In this document: positions 58,428 to 64,000 of the stretch, one piece after another
Layout: each line of letters starts with the position of its first letter
Numbering within the stretch: position 1 is the first letter of the stretch
Assembly (NCBI RefSeq): GCF_009914755.1
Contig: NC_060935.1
Source of the DNA: the human T2T-CHM13v2.0 reference genome, Homo sapiens
Direction: 5' to 3' (one strand)
Length of the DNA stretch: 64,000 bases
Program-made: the position numbers and the translations under genes
Notes under the pieces: model-generated
Told to the model about the DNA's origin: nothing
The model's database searches: none
What the model saw: the letters and a program-made list of their open reading frames with translations, nothing else

Positions 58428-58712
58428 AGCCAGGCGCAGTGGCTCACGCCTGTAATCCCAGCACTTTGGGAGGCTGAGGCAGGCAGATTGCTTGAGCCCA
58501 AGAGTTCAAGAGCAGTCTAAGCAACATGGCAAAACCCTGTCTCTACAAAAAATACAAAAATTAGCTGGTGTGGTGGCATCCACCTGTATTCCTAGCTCCT
58601 CAGGAGGCTGAGGTGGGAGGATTGCTTGAGCCCAGAGGTTAAGGCTGCAGTGAGCCAAGATGGTGCAACTGCACTCCAGCCTGGGTGACAGAGTGAGACC
58701 CTGTCTCAAAAA
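58428..58712 (+). mobile_element. AluJ within an L2 fragment
   Basis: TSD tatgtgttga. Confidence 0.88.
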
Positions 58713-59650
58713 CAGTATGTGTTGAGCATATACTATGTGATAGGTACATTGCTAAGTGCTAGGGATACATTGGTGAGCAAAACCATCACTGTCCCCGCCC
58801 TCATCCAGTCTAGGGAAGGAGACAGACATTATTCAAACAGTCACACAAATAAATATGTAGTCACGAAAGGAGTGAGTGTGAGGGAAGGTTGTGTGAGATG
58901 GGATAGGAGAGGCAGGCAGTGTCCAGATCACACAAGGCGGTAGCAGCCATGTGAACACTGCAAGATCTGCACCTCTAAGTAGCTGCTGATAAAATGGTCT
59001 TCTTGATAGCTTCACTCCGCCCACCCAACCTCACCTCATTTCATTCCTTTAACAAATATTTGTAGATCACCTACTTAGCTGACAGCATAAGGAAGCCCTT
59101 CTCATCTCGGGAAGACAAAGTGCTGGGCCTTAAGAAAACCTTAGGCATCTATGCACATATTTCTCCAGGAGAAATTCTCCTCTGAGATTGGATATTTAGC
59201 TGAAGTTACGATGATGCCTGGGAAGGCATGAGTTTCTGCTCACTGGAGGCATTCAAGCACAAGCAGGATTAGTCAAACTGGATTTGGAATTTTTGTGTGT
59301 ATGGAACAAAGGTTTGGGACCTTGAAGCCAAACAATTCACTCAAGGTTAGCAAGGTGGGGCAGAGCTGGAGCAGGAAACCACAGCTTGGCACGTTTCCTT
59401 CTGAATTAGCCTCCCCTTTCTGGGGTGAGGAGGGAACTGCCGCCACATGCCCTGCCAGAGTCCCATAATGAGTTCAGGCTTCACCTGTGCTGGTATGGCC
59501 TGAGTTTGAGAAAGAACTTCCCATGGCTTGCCAGAGGCTAGAAAGGTCCTTCTCCTGCCTCCAGAGAGCCCTGACTTAGCCTCCCCTTTCCTCAAAGACC
59601 TCCAGGAAGGCTGAGGAAGATGCTGGATTTTCCATTAATATCACTATTCA

Positions 59651-59850
<200 letters not shown>

Positions 59851-59979
59851 TGAAAGAGGACTGGATGAGAAATCTGATCACAGCCCTGTGATGCTGACAA
59901 CTCACTTTCCCTCAGTTTACTAATCCATAAGAAAGGATGCAGAGTGGAGGAAGGGGACTAGATGGCTTCTCACACTCTA

Positions 59980-60125
59980 CAGTGGTGGTTCTCAGTGTGT
60001 GGTCCCCAGTCAAGTAGCATCAGATTTACCTGGGAACTTGTTAGAGATGCATATTTTCAGGGTCCACCCTTGAACTACTGAATCAGAAACGCTGGGGTGG
60101 GGCCCAGCAGTTTGCAAACCATTGC
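59980..60125. mobile_element. MER5A1-like MITE
   Basis: cagtggtggttctcag..gcatcag..cctgggaacttgttaga..tactgaatcagaaac.ctggggtggggcccagc. Confidence 0.75.
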
Positions 60126-62057
60126 TCTATGGCAAGGTCTTTATGGCACCCAGTACCTCCTAAGCCTGCAACCTGCCCATGGCAGAGCATGTGATAGCAT
60201 GGCAGGCCACTGTGCTTTGCAGAGCTCTGAGGAGTGCTCTTCACATTTCAGGCATTGTAGATCTGTAGAGTTATTAAGACAATTTTCTGGTAAACCGAAG
60301 TAACATGTCTTGAAGAAGGGACACCGTTTTCTAATTGGACTGGAGGTGAGACTTGCAGGGGCCAGATTCAGGGCAGTCTGTGCTTCCCTGTGAGACCGCC
60401 CACACCTTTCCTCCTGGGCGTGTGCTGCTGTACTGTTCTTGCTATTTGAAAGCCTGAAAGGAGAGATTCCACTGGAACTTGCCTCCCCTCACCAGCCCTC
60501 CTCCAGAAGGGATGTGTTTCCGGTCCAGTGACGCAGAACTGGAAGGACCCTTGGATACTTCCTCACCCAATCACTTCATTTTACAAATGAGGAAACTGAA
60601 GCCCAGGGAGATTAAGAGACTTGCTCAATCAAGGATATAGAGAATGAGTGGCACAGCCAGGATAAGACATGGGTTTTTATTAGAGGTATAGCCCTGCGAA
60701 CATCTGCATTGAGTGCTACTCAGCCCCAATTCTGAACATGTTTCTTCTTTCAATCCCACCTCCCACATCTATCCCCAACACACACACACACACACACATG
60801 CGTGCGCTCACACACATATGCTCTCACACACTCACACACACACTCACATGCACACATTACTCTAGGGCTCTCATGGTTCCCTGCTATCTCCCTTTCCATA
60901 CCCAATAGGAGGAAAGGACATGAAACTCAGTCCTCTCTAAAGCCCATAGGACTGATGCTAACTCCAAGGACAGTCTTGGGCAGTATAGGGAGTTGCTTTT
61001 CATTGGAAACAAAGCCTCCAGGTAAGGTAAGGGTCCACTGGCTTATTTTTAGGCATTCGGAGCAGTTAGGGAAGGTGTACTGGAAATGGAAAATTTCCAG
61101 GCCTCCCTCCCCTGCCACATGGCTAAGTAAAACCCATTCTGCCTGCCTAGGAGATTCACAGGACCTGTGCAGCCACCACCCACCCCCATCCCTGCCAAAT
61201 TTGGGAGGCAGCAGATTTAATTATTTAACTCAGCTCTGAGTCAGAGATGGCCCAAGCATCAGAGCCCAAGCCAATGCTGTCAGGGGTGAAATTACAAAAT
61301 GATCCCCTTAGGCCCTGACCACATCATCCCTGAGTTATTAAGACCCAAAGCAGAAAATCAGAAATTCTCCAGCAGCCTCTGCAGCAGGCTTCCTCCCAAG
61401 GGACTGCACTATTCTTTGTGGCTCTGAGACCCACATGTGGGAGGCTTTGTCCTTCCCTCCCTTGCTGAAGTGTCTCTAAATGGGGGAAGGAATAGAGGAG
61501 GTCTGGTTGGGGGCATGGAGGGAAAAGAATGTGTTTGCCCCAACCAAGCAATCATAACCATCTGGGAACTTCTGGCTATAGAGGGAGTTAATTTAGGTCA
61601 CAGATCCAGGCCCCCCAAGAGCCAAAGCCTCAGGGAGAATCATAGCATCACAGATTCGGGCACCTAGCTAATGCAGACATTACAGGATGGTAGTTAACAC
61701 ATCAACTAACTCCACTGTTACACCCACAGCCCTTCCTAAGGGTAAATACTCCGCTCCTTGTCTCTGCAAAAGGCAGCTAAGGGAAGCCCTGTTTTTACCA
61801 TGTGACCCTATCACCCTTTGGCCAAAACTGACTGGAGAAGTGGAAGTGGGAAGCTAAACCCAAGTGCGACAAATCCAATAGTTACATGTGGTTGGTGGTT
61901 ACCATAATGAACAGCACAGATACAGGACACTGCCATCATTTCAGAAAGTTCTATTGGACATTACTGGGAGACCGGCTCCCCCATTATCTTCTTTTGTTTT
62001 GTTTTTGTTTGTTTTAATTTTGTTTGTCATTCACCAATAATCCCATTATCTTCTATA

Positions 62058-62285
62058 ATAGTGGTAGGCAAACTTATCCTGTAAATGGCCAGATAGTAAC
62101 TATTTTAGGCTTTGAAGGCTATAAGTCTCTGTTACAAGCTACTCAAACTTGCCATTGTAGCATGAAAGCAAGCATAGACAATATATAAACAAATGAGTAT
62201 GTCTGTGTTCCAATAAAATTTTATTTACAAAAAAAGGACAGTAAGCCATATATGACCTCTGTTTAGTTTGCTGATCCTTGCTCTA
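62058..62285. mobile_element. MER58A-like hAT MITE
   Basis: ggcaaact..ctgtaaatggccagatagtaa.tattttaggcttt...ttccaataaaa.tttatttacaaaaa. Confidence 0.78.
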
Positions 62286-63352
62286 CCACACTACTCTATT
62301 TATTTCTTTCACAGTGCTAAGTGTTTTGTAATAACTTGTTTACTGTCTCTCTCCCCATATCAGACTGGTAGCTCCATGAGGGCAGAGCCTATGTCAATTT
62401 TGCTTGTTAGAGAGAATCCAATACTGACATATAGTATAGGCTTAATAAAACTTTGTTGGCTGACTGAGTGAATAATGTGCCATTTACTGGACTAGGGAAT
62501 GCCAGAGAAGGAACAGTTTTTGAGAGAAGATAATGATTGTCTTTAGGGACATGCACGTGTTATTATAATTTCTCATTTTTATTATTCTCTCTGGAGTCCC
62601 ATTCAGCTCTAACCTTCTTTAAATCTCACTAGTTTTGAGGTCTGTGATGTTTTTCAGAGTAGCTGCTTTTTGGACTCACTCTCTGGGAGGCTGTAATTGG
62701 AGGTCCAGCCACTGGGGGGATTCCCTGGGACATCCACCATGAGCCAAAGCAGCAGGAAGAAGATTTGGGCCTGGCCTGCCCCTCCCACACATTTGTCAGC
62801 ATTGGCTCCAAGAACTCAGATTCCTTTCCCATTCTGTTTGGGCTCAGCTAAATTAGAAAGACCAAATCTGTGACTTAAGGAATTACTTCATGCAGAATTT
62901 TCAAAATTTCAGTCATTCATGTGCCTCCTTCACAGTTTTAACTGCATTTCCATACCGCCCACACAGAGGCTTACTTAATATTTTCAGCTCTTTCAAACAT
63001 TTTTAATGTTCAAATTAAATTGGATCACTCTTTGCTCAAAAAATCAAACAGCCTCCCATTACAGAGTAAATTTCGGAGCTCTTACCGCAGTCCACAAGGC
63101 CCCATGTCATCTGGCCCCTGGCTACTTCTCTGACCTCATTTCTGCCATTCATTCAGTCAGCCACACTGACCTCGTATTCTTGGAACATTCCAAGCAAGCT
63201 GCTACCTCAAAGCCTTGGCTCAACCTACCTAGAATGCTTCATTCCTCACACATCATTCCTCAGAAGGGCCTTCCCAGGCCACCCTATATAAAATATAAAA
63301 TAGCAGCTCTGTTTGGTCTTCCAAATAAGTTTTAGAATCAGCTAGAAAAATT

Positions 63353-63354
<2 letters not shown>

Positions 63355-63393
<39 letters not shown>
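63355..63393. repeat. (CA)n microsatellite within an antisense L1M fragment
   Basis: Seen directly. Confidence 0.95.
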
Positions 63394-63394
<1 letters not shown>

Positions 63395-64000
63395 TCAGAA
63401 TATTGATTGGGATTGCATTAAATTTCTAGAATAATTTGGAAGAACTGACATCTTTATCATATTGAGTTTTCTTCCCATCCATGCTGGATCTTATTTGTTT
63501 AGGTTTTACTTTATAGTTTTCATTAAAATTATATAATTTTCTTGATAAAGACTAGGCGTACATCTTTTATGAGATTTATTTCTACACGTAAACAATGTTG
63601 TTGCTTTTGAAAGGTTATCTTTTAAAACATTATATAGAAAGTGCTTGCTATAATCCTGTTTTTATTTTTAATATTATTTATTTATGCCCTCTCTTCTTTT
63701 CTTCATGGTGAGTCTTACTGGTATCAGAGGGATGTTAAAGAACTACTAGCACCTAATGGAGACATTCTTCTTGATATAATCAAAAGTATTGAAAAGGAAT
63801 GAAAAAGGGGGTAATTAAATATTCTTTAATGCTGATATTCATGTGGAAACTTAAAATTATTTTCTGTCCTACCAATGCTATATGACTTCCATACGGGGAA
63901 ACATATTATTTATTATATCAATGTCATAACCACATTGAAATGCCTTTAGGGCTGTCAGTTGCTTTGGCTCACCTCTAGGGCCTGTCTTTAGCTCGGGAGT

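Overview
Human (primate) genomic DNA containing the 5' end of RRAS2 (TC21, R-Ras2) on the minus strand. Coding exon 1 (8046-8153, [36 protein letters not shown]) lies in a CpG-island promoter (~7540-8620). Positions 1-8045 are intron 1, and a probable alternative upstream exon ends in ATG|GTAAGT at 13671. The rest is repeat-rich upstream/intergenic DNA: about 50 Alus, old L1/L2/MIR fragments, Tigger and hAT-type MITEs, and several solo LTRs with visible target-site duplications (two MLT2A, MLT2D-like, THE1/MST, MLT1A, MER61-like, MER11). A second, apparently orphan CpG island sits at ~30.3-30.9 kb. No other protein-coding gene, RNA gene or CRISPR-like array is supported. I cannot demonstrate a new biological system. 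The best testable hypotheses are (i) an MLT2A (HERV-L LTR)-driven chimeric RRAS2 transcript encoding a P-loop-less protein and (ii) a spliced transcript from the orphan CpG island. Repeat subfamily names come from my recollection of consensus sequences, and boundaries without a TSD are approximate.
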